A stretch of DNA of 64,000 nt from contig CM102287.1 in the NCBI GenBank assembly GCA_046563655.1, positions 5,766,001-5,830,000 of the forward strand. The letters are read 5' to 3'. Each line of letters starts with the position of its first letter. The first letter of the stretch is position 1. A program made the position numbers and the translations under genes. Origin of the DNA: Yuukianura sp. NJ FZ-2021. Taxonomy: Eukaryota. Below are positions 1-13,600 of the stretch, piece by piece. Under the pieces are notes generated by a model, which was not told where the DNA came from, did no database searches, and was given only the letters and a program-made list of their open reading frames with translations.

Positions 1-2566
1 GGTTTTAAAGTTCAAAAAAGTTTTAAAAACGAAGTTTAAAAAATAAACGCCCTTGAGACAGTTTAAAAAGTCAGTTTAAGACGTCAGTTCTGTCCCAGTC
101 GCTTTCACCATTTCTTTCTAAATGGCCATTAATGACACTGTGTTGTTCAGGAAAGAGTAGACAACCACTAACAAGTTTGTTGAACTGAAAAATTTTCTGA
201 GGTGCTGATGACGTCCCAAATTCAAAGAAAACAATCCGGCCAATTTACTTTTTTTGCAGACATGTTTTTTTGTGTTCATTTGGTCCCAGACATAGCTGAT
301 TTTGAAAAGAATGCCATGAAAAAGTTTTTGCGGTGTCGACGTTTTAGTGAACAACCCTGTACTATTTATTACCTTAAAGAAAAAAAGTATTTTTTTTTTG
401 CTTTCGCTTATATTACTATTTCATAGCTTATTGCTTTCTAAACAATCCAAATTGTAGATATTTTAGTTAATAATTGGATTGCATGGGACAATTTTAGCCA
501 CTTTTTGGACTAGTCTACTCTATAAAGCCTATTTCCAAAATAGTTCGACTTTATTTGCTATTTTTTTTTGAACATTAAGAATTACAAACCCTTTCATTAC
601 TAAAAATCGCCATTTCAAAAATGCAGAAAGGCGTGCTAATTTTCATATTTGAAGTGACAGGGTGTCTAATTAGGCTGTCCACAAACGTCGACGGTACGCC
701 ATCGAGCTAAATCTAAAACTAAAATTACGAAACTTAAGTATAACCTTATAACTAAAAAAAATATCTATTTTTACACAAACTTAGCCAACTTACAAAAGAC
801 AACTTTCGCGAATCTAACAAAGTTATAAAAAATTCACAAGCCTACTCGAAAAACAGTGGCCAAATCTAAAATAAGCCATCAGCACCTAAGAAAATTTGTT
901 CCAATTTCCTTGTCCTCCACCTCCGCATTGTTGGAAATCAAAATTTGGACAAATTACCTATTCTGTTTTTTTTTTCCAAAAGTAAGTTGTGATTCACAAC
1001 TCTTGAACTGCCAAGCAACAAAATAGTAGCAAGAGGAGACCTGCCAAAGTGGCTCAAATCTAATTTGAAGTAACGAGGATGACCTTTTGCTTCTCTCCCT
1101 CCCTTCGTTATTGAATTACGTGTCCAAACTCACCCAAAGTCCAGAAAACACGAAGAGACGAAAGCACGGACAGCACAACTTTCTTTTTTGATTTCTGTGT
1201 GGAATTGACACAAAAATTGAATTTCACTTTGTCCTTTTTAGAATATCCATGTTTGTAGGTTGTCAATTTGCGTGGGTTGAGGGCTTAGGTGGGATGGATT
1301 CTGCGAATGACCTTATGTGACCCCAGTCAAGGTCACAACTGAAACATTTGAAAGAATTGGTTAGGTTATGTTTATAGGCAACTAAGTGGCTGAAATCTTT
1401 GTTTGTCGTTTGGAGTCTGTTTGATCCCGTGTCCCTCGAGACTTAAAGCAGCTAAACTCTACATATGAATCAAAAGGCTTAAGTGTTCCAAGTCCATTTG
1501 TTTCTGAACAAAATCGGAGAAATAAAAGTTCTATTTTGGAAATAGGATGAGGAGAAAGTAAAAAAGTAAAGTGAAGCACTTGCTAAATAGTTTATGCAAC
1601 CAACTTTCTCTGACAACTTCACCTTCCCAAATCTTTTTAAATCTTTTTTATGTTTTGGGAAAACTTTCCTGAAAAATGAAAAGAAAAGCGGGCGAAAACT
1701 TTTCAAATGTAAGAATTAGAGACAAGAAATGAACGTATCGCTCTATAGTGGTTAGGTTAGGAATGAAACCAAGACATAAAGCTAACTTTACTTCATAAAA
1801 CATATTGCCCATGAGAGAAAAGGAAATAGAAAGCTGCTGCTACAAGGGATGTACATTAGCAAGTTGTTATTTCAAAAGCATAAGACTTTTAACATAAAGC
1901 TGACAATTTGAAGCTAAAAAGTTTTTCGAGAACAAAAAAAATGAAAAAAAAAAACCTAATACGTTACTTTCTCTATTCTACGTAGCGTGAACCAAAACAA
2001 CGCAAGCTTATAACAAGTGAAAGTGGAATCAGGAAAAGCAATTTTGTTTGAGAAACAAGCCACTTTGAGGCTTTCACTTTGGAAATTTGTTATTGAAAAT
2101 GTAATAAATTTTTGAGCAAATTATTAGTCCCTGTGATTACAAATGTTAATGATGAGCATCGTGTTTTATGAAAGGAGGTGAAGGTTTACAGCGTGTTAGG
2201 CTGTAACTTTAGCAGTATAGAAAGTGATGGTGTGGGAATTAGAATGTTAGACCACAGGGAAGGATGATCGTGGTTGGTTGCGGTTAAGGTTCCATTTTCC
2301 CGCCTTTTCCTTTCATCTTTTCTCTGCAAACGGTGATCTCTTCCGACCGAAGACTTAGCTTATACGTAAAGCAGTACTAGGTCTCCCGTTTTAATTTGAA
2401 ATCCAGCACCCAGGGATTTTATGGAAGTTGACAGTTGTTGCTAGGAGGATGAAACGTTGTGTGGATAGATTCGGAAACAACCTCTAAAAACAACCTAAGT
2501 TAGTCTAACATCTAGAAGCGTTTGGTAACAAACTAAAACGTAACCTTAGAACAAGCAAAGGAATTA

Positions 2567-3029
2567 TGCCGAATTTACACATACTGTTCCCATGCCGTGA
2601 ACGTTCCCATGCCGTTACCTTTACGTTCATTGTTTCATTTATACTTGCTGCCAAAATCCAGTAGAAAGGAATCTTTTCTCATGCTGTTCTTCTTTCCTTT
2701 CTGAATTCTACACAGAAAGTGTAAATCGTTGATTGAGGAAAATGAAGAATTGTCCAGGCAACACACAAAGATTATTATTTAAAATCTTTTCCTCTCTACT
2801 TTCCTTCAAAAAGTTGAACTCGGTTCAACTTTTGAAAATGAAGGAAAGTAAAAAGGAATGGCATGGGAACGGCAAGTATAAATGCAATTCCTTTACTTGC
2901 TTGTTTCACATCAGAAAGATGTGAGGAATTCTGTTGTCACGAGAAAGGCAACCATACACCGAAAAATCGGAAAGGAAAGCAGAAAGAACAACTGAAAGAA
3001 GAACGGCATGGGAATGTGTAAATTCGGCA
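2567..3029. mobile_element. PIF/Harbinger-type MITE
   Basis: 15-bp TIRs tgccgaatttacaca (2567) / tgtgtaaattcggca (ends 3029). Internal inverted ttcccatgccgt / acggcatgggaa motifs. TTA on both flanks (2564-2566, 3030-3032), a 3-bp TSD typical of PIF/Harbinger. Confidence 0.7.
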
Positions 3030-3733
3030 TTATGCGGCTGGGACGTAGAAGGGCGACTTTCGTGTTTACTACAATATTTTACAGTCTCCTTGACAATTTT
3101 TAAAAAAATTCATCATGTTAAGGCTTGTTCACATTTTCCCTGTGTGTGCTCTGTTCTTTCATCGCCGAGTTGTGTGTATTTCTTTTTTCCTTAATGTACG
3201 CCCAAAATTTGAACCCGTATTCTTTGCGATATTGGAAAAACAAATACGCGGATGGATACGCAAATACTCAATAACACGTAATCATATAAAGTAATCACAA
3301 TCTCCGACCTGCATATTTCGCACGCAAAAAATCGCAGGTAAGATTCACGACAGCAACCACACCCGAATCTCACAGTTGGCAATCTGCAAAAGGAAATAGT
3401 CTTCTTCAGCACGTCGTAGACGTGCGTCTCCAGAAGACTAAAACGCAGCCGCAACAAAAGAGAGAGTGAAACACTCCCAATCACGGACATTGCAGTTGCG
3501 CGCAAAAAAGTTGGAGATAGAGTACGCGTATAAAATTCCTAGGCTCAGCCAAAGTTCTTGTAGCAACAATGTAGAATTTCATTTGTTATTTCATTTTTTT
3601 TACAGAAAAAAAATTTTTTTCTTGTTGATTTACCTTCGGCTATCGTCTCATCAAGTGAAAAATAGCACTCTGACAAAATCACATATTACTCGGGCGGGAG
3701 CACACCGCTCATACTTTTTGCATGCGTTTACAA

Positions 3734-4127
3734 CAGTGTTGCTGGATACTTAAACATCCAGTGGCTTTTTTTGCTACGTCCATCAGATATCCGCTGGGTA
3801 AAATGTACCCATATGGGACGATGGATGGAAGAAATTAAAATGTAGCGTGTAACTTGAAAAAAATCAAACTGAAAACTGTAAAATATTATCAAATATCTTG
3901 CATGGTTTACATTATCGAAATATTTGAAAACGTGTTGTTGGTTTTGTGATTTAGCCTTTATTTTAATTTTTCAGTTGTTTTTTGGTTTATACTTTTTAAA
4001 TTTTTCAAACCCCAATGGCAATGCTCCGCTCATGTGGATTAATCTTTAATCTATTTCGTCCATTGCTTCTACTGCGGATATCCAGTCCTGGATGAAATGT
4101 CGAAAAAGTGCATATCCAGCAACACTA
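3734..4127. mobile_element. hAT-like MITE nested in the 3033-4646 element
   Basis: Ends cagtgttgctggata / tatccagcaacacta. The same termini occur in the short copy at 15773-15862. TSD not preserved. Confidence 0.55.
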
Positions 4128-4199
4128 TTTGGCGCTTCACATTTTTCACGCGCGATTTCATCTGCAACTTTGCAGTCGCGCTGTTTACGTTAGATTTTA

Positions 4200-4432
4200 A
4201 TTTCGATGCTTGCGTAGGGTTGTGACTTTGACGTGCAATTTGAGTTGTCTATTACACTAGGAATTTTGACGTGCGATTTACGATGCAATTTGATGGTGCG
4301 ATTTAGTGTGCAATTTTGACGTACGATTTCAGCTGCGATTTTCACGTGTGATTTTGAGTAGAATTTTGACGTGCGATTGCAGCTGCAATTTTGACGTACG
4401 ATTTCAACTGCGATTTTCACGTGCGATTTCAG
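4200..4432. repeat. Degenerate tandem repeat (~12-13 bp sub-unit, ~75 bp higher-order unit)
   Basis: gcaattttgacgtacgatttca(g/a)ctgcgattttcacgtg recurs at about 4310 and 4385, with repeated tgc(g/a)attt sub-units. Confidence 0.7.
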
Positions 4433-7400
4433 TATTAATTTACATAATATATTATATGAATATGAAATATAACACAACAATCCAATTCGTGTGAGCGATT
4501 CGCGGGTAATATTATTAGCGATTATGTGCACTTGTGTGTTCACTGTGTGCACCACCCTTAATATTCGAAAATTTTCGCGAAAATCACCAAGGAAAGTCGA
4601 AAAAAAGATGTAAACACGAAAGTCGCCTTTCTACGTCCCAACTGCACAATTGGAGACACTGTTTTCTCTTTCCCAAACTGAGCCTCCCGCGTGACTCACT
4701 TTGCTCAATCTGTCGAGGGAATAAAAAAGTTAATTGAGTCGGAGAGATGGAAGATTTTCGTGGGTTTAATTGGGTTTTGGTCCGCACTTTCTCTTTTCCC
4801 TTGGCCGCAGCCACGATCTCTCGACATTTCTTCATCTTACGCCATGCATTAACCTAACTCCATACTACAAGACAGCTAATCCACCCGCTAGTCTTTTGAG
4901 GTCACGTCTCTGATGACTACAAGCATCTCAACAATGTTAGGCTAACTTTCTCCACAAGAAATAAACATGCACTGACACTGTAGATAGGTTAAGCATACGC
5001 CCGCACTTCGTTAGTTCACACACACTTCAGTTTTCTGGCTAGGATGAACGATACGCTCGTTTTTTGGTAAGATATAACGCTGGATTGTGTGCGTACTTAT
5101 GTTTTCTAGTTGGGTTTGACGTGTTGGGTTAAGAAAACTCCAGGATATGTTGTAAGTTTGGCGAAGTGGATAACCCAGGAAACAACTACTACATGAGGAT
5201 CAGTTCCTGAAAGTATGTACATATGTTGCGGAAACGTAGGCGTGAGGGATTAAGTCCATTTGGAGTGCCTGATGATGGCTGATGCTCCTCAAGTGCCCTC
5301 CACTTTCACTTCCTCTGCCCAGTTATGTTAAGGTTAAAGTACAAACTGGGCCTTGGTTCGGTTTTCGTTATAAGTTGGAAGCGTCAGGTGAAAGTTTGGT
5401 CCAACGGGGAAAATATTGGGAGTCCCTCGAGCCCAAATGGACCATTCCAGGCCCCATCCATCCGCACATTCTCCTCATAAACGGAACTCATCCGCAGCGA
5501 AAGGCTTCAGAAGAAGCTTGTCTTACGGTTAACCTAACCTTAAGACTTCCCTGTCACTTGACTTTCTTCCATCATCTAAGGTAAGGCCAAGGGGTCACCC
5601 CAAGGGTCCTTTCCTTTCAAGATTAGGTTATGTGCCTCGTCTCCACCTACGTCAAACTCATAAAATTTTACGCTTCGATGAAATGGAACCTCTTCAAAAT
5701 GGAGAGAAAACCTATTTTTGGAATTTCCAAATTTTTTGAATTTTCGATTTCCTTTAGATAATACTGGTCTTAAAAAAAAGTTTGGTGAAAGCGGTGTGAT
5801 GTTATAGGCGAAAAAGTTGGTTTTATTTTCACAATTCAAAATCTGGTTCCAAAAACAAGGCAATAAAAAGCTTTTTTACAAAAAAGAAAGTAGTGAGAAA
5901 TAAAAAAAATTGAAGGAAAGTAAGTCGTTTTGAAAGTAAAAGGAAAAGTTGGAGGTTAAGAAACAACGTAAACAGGGAAGAAAAAGTAAAGGAAAAAGTT
6001 AATCAAAACTTCAAAACTTTGTTCTATTTCTATTTTGAATCAATTGAGTTTTTTGTTTCAAAGTCTTGTGCTTTCCCGCTTTCTCTCTACTGCCTTAATC
6101 GTGTTTTAGTCTAAAAGGTTCAATCTATTACCCAGCCCTATAAAAAAAACTTTTGTGGCAGAAATCTTTACTTTTTCCAATGTTACAAAGAAAAAGAAAA
6201 ACTCGTGCGCTCCTTTCATATTTTTCTGTCTTTTCCAATCAAAATAGACGTAACTCCATTTCCAAAAAATGGTTTATGACAAGTTCATAGTAGCATAGTC
6301 GTAGAAAGTTCAAATCCTCCATTTCCCCCCAACTTTCTCCAATTTGAATTCCGTTTTCTCCCGGGTTAATCCCTTTGATCTTTCTTCGTTTCGGAAATGA
6401 CAAGAACTTTTTTTGTGTGCCACTCGTGGATCACGTAATGACTTTCACTTTCTTGGTAATGATTTTCTGCTGCAGTGTCCTCCCCCACCGTGCAAGACAA
6501 GAGAAAGTGGTGGCACCCGCCCCGCCGCGGCCCCACCTGAGCGATGAGCCAATTAACTTTGGTTGACCACGTCCCACCTCCTGCCTTCATCCTGTCACAT
6601 CACCACTGATTGTAATTGTCATTGTGTGGAACATGTCAGCTCCAGAAAGTAGAACTCTTGCTTTCTTTTCTGTCTCTTGTCGTTGATGTGTTCGTGGTGG
6701 ATTAAGGTTTTGTGTGTGTACAAAAGTATTTCGGTGGATTATTGTCAGTTAGAGTGGCAAAGACGGAGGAGTGTAAAGAAGTTGGGATTTCTGCAGGAGA
6801 TTTTACGTTAGGTTTTTAGGTTAGAGGAAGAGGGAAAATTCTGATTGAGATTCTTGGGAGAAATCCTCCCACGCAGTTTTCTTTTCTCTCGTTACTAGAG
6901 TGGCTGCGGTGTAGTAAGCCCAACTTTCTTCTAGCTCTTCCGCAGTTCAAAGTACCAGAAAAAAGGAGTGTAGGGCCCCTTCCAGGGAAAAAGTGAACGT
7001 GAACATGACTTTCGTTTTGGAAGCTAACCTAGAACAGGTCCTATAGCTACCCTAACCTCCCTGCCTCCTCGTGTAGTAGTGGATCTTATTTTGGGAAGGC
7101 GCCGAGATGTCCGGCTGGCAGGGTGCCAACAGAGAAAGAAGTGAAAGCACATGACGTCACTACCCGTCGCTTCTTCAAGACAAAGCTTTCCTGTCATCAA
7201 CCTAACAAGACATATCCTAACAAGCTCAACACAGTCAAATTGCTACTAATACACGTACAAACAGTAACCTAAGCCTGTTACCTAGCCTAACTCAATCGAA
7301 ACCTAACTTTGTTCCTAGAAATTCGGCTTATCAGATTAGGTTAGTTAGGCGAATAAATTTTAGGAATAAACTTGATTCTAGGTAAGAATTCTTAGATTCT

Positions 7401-10400
7401 AAAAAATGCGGGGGTTTCTCTAGACGGTTTCTAACCTTTTGTTTCCTCTTTTTAACAACATTATTGTCATTAATTTTAACCTTAAATCTAATTTTAATTT
7501 TAAACTCGCCTGATGAAGTGACTGAGGTGTAATTGCCTGTTTATACAGGGTACTTTCAGAATAAATAAACAAACAAACAATAAACAAACAGAAAAGAAAA
7601 AAATCCAGAAAATTTTCACAGAATTCGTTTTCTTTCAATTTTTTAAAACTTGCAAGCAGATTTTGTTTTAAAATCCGGTGCCCCATGCATCAACTGACCA
7701 ACAAAATGACCAATGAAGCGATGAAGTTCAATGTCAAATGGTGTTCAGTTTTTCGGGGGATGAAGCATGACCTTGAACAAAGTCCTCTGTCCTCTCCATT
7801 AATCACTGCTCAAATCCACTTGTCAAGCTATGCCTTGTTTTCGTTCCTTACACACTAAAAAGTAAAAGGATTGCTTTTCCCGCCACCCGCACGCTCCACT
7901 TTCATCCGGTTCTTGTTACATTAACTTGTTTTCTGTGAATAAGAAATATGGTCTTAAAGACATCGTTTTTCCGAAAATAGCGTGAAGAGCGACAATTTTG
8001 TAAAGAGAAAGGAAAGATATATCCTGTTTGCTGGAAAATCCAGAAAACTTCCTGTTCCCAAACAGACATTTCCAAAATCTAATTCACAAAAGTGAAAGTA
8101 TGGCAAGAACTCAATTTTGGCACGGAATGATGACAGTGTAGGGGAAAACCAAGCGGGATTTCATTCATTTCAACCCAAACTCGACTTTGCTCTGAAAATG
8201 TTTATCTTGGAGTAAGAAATGTTGTACTCATTACTGCTCAACTTAAACTACGGTCTGGTAGAGAGAATAGTGGGTGGATTTTTTAGTTCTAAAACAAAAC
8301 GCATCATAACACTGGTGGATTGTTGTAAAATGGGAAAGCAGTAAAGTGGTAACGCGATTTCATGAATGGACTTCCTTTCCAAAGTGATTCTAATTTATGG
8401 AAACTCTCAAAGATACGAAAAGGACGTCTCTTTCCTCTCGCTGGAGCCAGCCGCAGTAAGCGGCGTCTCGGCGGACGACGACGTAAGCAGAATCAAAGGA
8501 ATAGTATAGTCCACTAGCAGTCTAACCCTACGCTATTCCGAGGCGCCTAGACTTTTCATTCATTCTTTCCAAAGGAGAAAGCGTCGGGGGAGGGTTGGAA
8601 GTTATAACATCAAGTCACAACTTTCTCCAACCACGTCCGCACAAACCCAAACATTGTCATTCATTGGAATAACATAACGTTATCTCCAAAACCCAACTTT
8701 TACGCCCAAACTCAATCTCACTTTCTATTTGCTATTATTCAAAGTGAAAATTTCAAAAACCACAACTTAACACAATGCAAGCTTAGTATAGCCAAGACCT
8801 TAGCCTTACATAATCCATAACCTATTTAATCCAATGGAACATTTACATTGGCTTTTGTGCCTTCCGGGATAAGATTAAAGCTACAAAAGTAAAATTTAAT
8901 TTCACTTTCCTCGTTTCCTCGTCGTTTCCTCCAGAGAATGGATTTTTAAAAATGAAATTAGGCGTGGGAAATGGAGATGGAAGTCAATTAGAACCTGAAA
9001 GCAGAGAAAGTAATACCCCCACCTTGGAAGAAACCTGAAAAGTGAGGTTGCTAACCTACATGACCTAACCTTTTAAGTTCCATTATCCTTATGTCCATGA
9101 CCTCTCGGCTTAAAGCAAGTGACCTTCTAAGATGAAGAAATAACTCTCATTTTCTTTCCAAAGTTCCACCGAAGCCGGGATTTGGACACTTTCACTCTCC
9201 AAAGTCTTGACTCAGGGCAAATAAAAGCTTCGGTGAAAGCTTAGGCTCCGACAAACCAAGTTTTGGTTGCGTTGATTAGAAAAGACACGAAAATTCATCT
9301 TTTCTTAAGTCTGTGCTCGACCGAATCACGACAGAAGAAGGTGGATACTAATACTATGTTAAAGGGGAGACTAACAAAAATAAGTTGTAGGAGCAAGGAG
9401 ACTTAAAATTTTAATTAGAACAGGCTAACCTTAACATTGCCTTAGGGTATTAACGTCATGTTGTTAAGAGAAAGAAGAGTGAACGTAGATTGACACTGTG
9501 AAAGTTCTTTTTTAAAAGTTTTCACTCAAGAATTTTTAGGCTCCCCGAAAAAGAAAGTTATGAATGACGCACAGAAACTTGAGATTTTTTTAGACTCCTC
9601 GAGAATTCTGAGACGCTTGAGAAACATCAAAAGGAAAGAGTAATGACTCAGACGATTTTTTACAACAATGTGATTCCTCTTTCTCTGGTTAGGTTAACCT
9701 AACCTAGCTTCAATTCATTACTTAAGAAATTGAATTAAAATTTTGAAAAATACATAAGTCACAAAGTGAATGTTTGAACAAAAGTGCGTGACACTTTTCA
9801 GGTAAGCATTCCTAGTCAGGGCCAAAGTCAAGGCGGAGTAAACATATTAGTCAAAGAGAACAACTTAAACACGGAAATGGCAGAAAATGTAAAAACAAAA
9901 TGGCCGTTGCATAGCAAACAAAACACAAACTTACTTCAATGTGTATTCAATTAAGAACAAGACTCTAAATTTTATTGCATGCACTTTCCAAATTGAGTAA
10001 CTTTGGCTCCCGCGTTTTTTCAAAACCCGAATAGATCGTAAGTCGTAACTGTATTAACCAGCCATTAGGCCATAAGCTGTCTGGCCCGATTCGCATTTCT
10101 CCAACAGTACTTTCACTTTCCCGCCCACGCTTTTTTTTTCTGTTTTCTCCAATTGTGTCTGAGTCTCTCATCTTTTAAGTAACTAAAGAGTCGGTTCATT
10201 TGAACATGTCACGGACATGGACTTGGACTTTGGAGTTAGGAACTTAGTGAACTAAGCGACCTTTGGCGTAACGTCTTGTCCCTGTGGGAAATTAATGAGT
10301 CAAGTCATCCCTCTCCATTTTTCTCCTAGGACGCTCTGTCATGTCATCCCAAGATAAATTCCTGTCACAGGAGATTACTTCCAGATTTTCAAAAGAGGAA

Positions 10401-10603
10401 AGAAAACCAAAAAAAAGTTGGAATTCATGGTGAATAGTGAAACTGATCCTACAGCTTCGCAGATCCAAAAGGTCATGGGTCGGGACCAGCGTAGGTCGTT
10501 GATAAACACATCAAATATTATATTGACAAAGTAGTGTGTACTAATTTAAGAGATGTATCTGTATTTAATATAAAATATAAACTATAACATCTGAAAGTGT
10601 GAT

Positions 10604-10673
10604 CACCCAACATGGAATCGAACCCAGGTCACTGAATTCATGTCAGGTGCTCTCACCACTGAGCTATTGGGCA
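10604..10673 (-). pseudogene. tRNA-derived sequence (tRNA pseudogene or SINE head)
   Basis: Minus strand tgcccaatagctcagtggtgagagcacctgacatgaattcagtgacctgggttcgattccatgttgggtg has an A box (TAGCTCAGTGG), a B box (GGTTCGATTCC) and a pairable acceptor stem. The T stem has two mismatches and U33 is absent. Confidence 0.65.
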
Positions 10674-13600
10674 CACATCTCGTAATACATATTTTACATT
10701 TTATAATATTGAATTGGAATAATGTTGGGTGAAATACAAAAGAAAAATACTTGATCATGCTCTGGGTTAAGGACGCTCGGTTGCTAGTTGCAGAGAACTA
10801 GGTTAGCCTTAAGTTAAGCCTAGCTTAAACCTAACTTAAAAGGAAGTTTTGATGTTAGTGAGATGGTGATGCTGAGGCAATTAGGTAGAAAGATGGGGTG
10901 CGTGTTGGTTGTGGTGGTGGTGGGAAAGGGATTTTCAGCACTTTCTCCGTCTGTGTCCAAAAACACGCCTTTCCTCAGAACTCCATCTCAATTAACCAAC
11001 AGTCTCTAATTTACTTCGTCACGTCTTTCCATTGTGGAACGACCTAACTAACCTAACGTTATAGTTAGTTAATCTCCCACGCAAATACGTCATATTCAAA
11101 GTAACGTTAAGGTATAGCATAGCGAAAGTAGTAGCAACTAACATAACTCTAGGATGAATAGTGAAACACTTTAGTTAGCCAGTAGACAAGGACTAAATTA
11201 TTAATTACACTTTCCTTGTGGCCATCACTACTCCTCTGAACAGACAGATTCTGTGGAGATACATAAAGTAAACAAAGAGAAAGCCCTACAACTTATTTTG
11301 AATCTCCCGGAATAGACGCCTTTCTTCGTTCCTTTGTACTCCAGCATTCAAAGTTATAAGCGCCGTAGGACGCTTGATGATAAAACTTTACAACCCGGCG
11401 CGCCCAAAATTTTCATTTCTCTCCTCCCTTATGAAACGTAACATTACGTTTGAAAAGTGTAACGCTTTTCCTTGCTACTACCCAATTTTGAACATGAAAC
11501 TGAAACAGCGATGCCTTATTTGAAAACTCCCAGAAGACTGGCACTGTGAATAATGAAATTAGCATTTGGAATTTAGAATTTCGACGTGATATTTGGTTAG
11601 ATAGGACTCGAATTGGCAAAATAATTCATGGAATTGGAAATCCTTGGAACAAGTTTAGAATTACATAAGAATTGGAAATTGTTCAACACAAAGCCTAAAC
11701 TAACACACCTTATTACAACAGAAAGTGCGGGCAAATTTAGATATATGTAACAAGAGAAAGCAGTCAAAATTTTTGTATGTTATTCGGAAAATGTTCCACT
11801 GTTCGGAATGTTTTCTGAATATATTTTAACAGAATCATGATAGTTTTTGACATGTTAAAAATAGAGGAACAACTTAACGAAATCTATCGTAGGTTACTAT
11901 AACTTTAACGTTAGGTAGAAAGCATAACTTCCGAATTGGATTTGCTACAATTCCTTTAGCCTTTTGTTGGCATTTGGAATAGATCCGTATCCGGATTACG
12001 GGAAATGTGCGTTAGACAACAACAAAAAAACGAAACAGAACGATTTGTCTTCTTGATTTCCCTTTTGTTCTACTTCCTGCGCATGTTCTTTTAGTACACA
12101 AGACAAAGAAGTGTGTAAACAAAGAAAAGTAACTAAAGGAAAAATCCATTTTTCAAAGAAAGCGACTTTTGGTGCCTATGTTAACTCAAATTGGCCTAAT
12201 CATAATCTGTTCTTACCGTCTAGCCGACTCTAATCACGTTTTGAGGCTTCTCTCAAAGTACCCACTTAAGGCCCACTCGGTTCATTTACCTAATCCTAAC
12301 CAGTAATTGAGGACTTACACTTTTTCATTCTACTTTGGAAACAATGGTGAAAGTCGACTCATCATCTCTACGTTTTGAGTCTCAAGTTGCATAAGAAATG
12401 AACATTAGGAACCGAGAGATAAACAAATTGAAACAAAAAAAAAATCAAAAAATACTCGTTTTGCAAAAAGAGCCAGTTTTCTAATGTGTTTGCGTTTACA
12501 AACTCGTCTTCTGAAAATTAGGTTTAGATGTCCCCGCTTTCCAAAACAAAAGAGCAAGTAAAATGCGAAATCCTCTCCAAATTGTTTCGAAACCGGGGAT
12601 ACGAAGCTCCAAGCTTAAGAGAAAAGAGCATGCCAAATAAAAGGACAAAAAAAAACATGTAATGTGGGGAAAATTTTTACCTGGAAAAGTGGAAAATTTT
12701 TTGTCTGGAAAATGTCAAAGGTTAACCCGAGTAACCTTGTTGGAGAAACAAAAATTTCTGGGTTTGGCGCAGAAAAAGGAAAGAAGGTGTCGTTAGAGAA
12801 AGTGCTCGACTTTCATTTCCAGAAGACAATTTCTATCTTATGTGTTTTTCTCTTCTTTTTTTTGTATCTTTTTTTTTCTACATTAGTTTCTTTGTAATTC
12901 CAAATTCTGAAAAATATGACACTGTTTTAAATTTTAGTTTCGTTTTGTTGGCGTTTTGTTACAATAAGTTCCAATTCCCATTAGATTTGCAGGTAAACAA
13001 CCCACCTGTTTCCCCTGTATACCAAAAAACCCGGGTCCTTTCACCTTGAACTCATTCAGCCCTTCAACTTTCTCTTTTTCTACTCCCTCGAGGACTTGAA
13101 ACTGGAAACTACTAGAAATAATGTTAGACCAGAGAAATGTTAGAGTGAAAGTGGAAAAGTAGGATTCCAGGAATCCTAACACTAGAAACTATCTGTAGTG
13201 CTGGGATTTTCTCTTCTTCAAAGGCATGTTTTCCCTGATTGGCACGATTTCATATTTGGCAAATCCTCTCGCCTCCCAACCCATTATCGTAATTAGAGCT
13301 CAAGGTATTCTTCAACATTAGTCCAAATTAGAACACTGTATTCCTGCTAATACATTTTTCCTTCCTTAACCCTGAAGTACTAATAACTTTTTCTTAACAA
13401 ATAACTTAATTTTTTTCAAGAAAGTCAAAATACACCTCATTCTCTAATTAAAAAACTAAAAACCTCAACAGTGAGGCTTCCTCAATGGCCAGACTGAGTC
13501 CTCAATGAAAAAAAATGGAGAAAGGTTTGAGGTTTTTAGTTTCCTATTCAGAGAATGTAATGTACAATGGATGTTACTTTTGTAAGTAAACAACAATAAT

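Larger units (their letters stand above)
3033..4646. mobile_element. Non-autonomous TIR DNA transposon remnant (~1.6 kb)
   Basis: About 37-bp imperfect TIRs: tgcggctgggacgtagaagggcgactttcgtgtttac versus gtaaacacgaaagtcgcctttctacgtcccaactgca. No transposase ORF and no clear TSD. Confidence 0.6.

Noticed and set aside
8362..8482. ATG-initiated frame ending RSKRRLGGRR at a phase-1 gtaagc donor, compatible with jeb exon 21288
   Set aside because: No signal peptide, no upstream acceptor and no recognisable Jeb similarity, so it cannot be supported.
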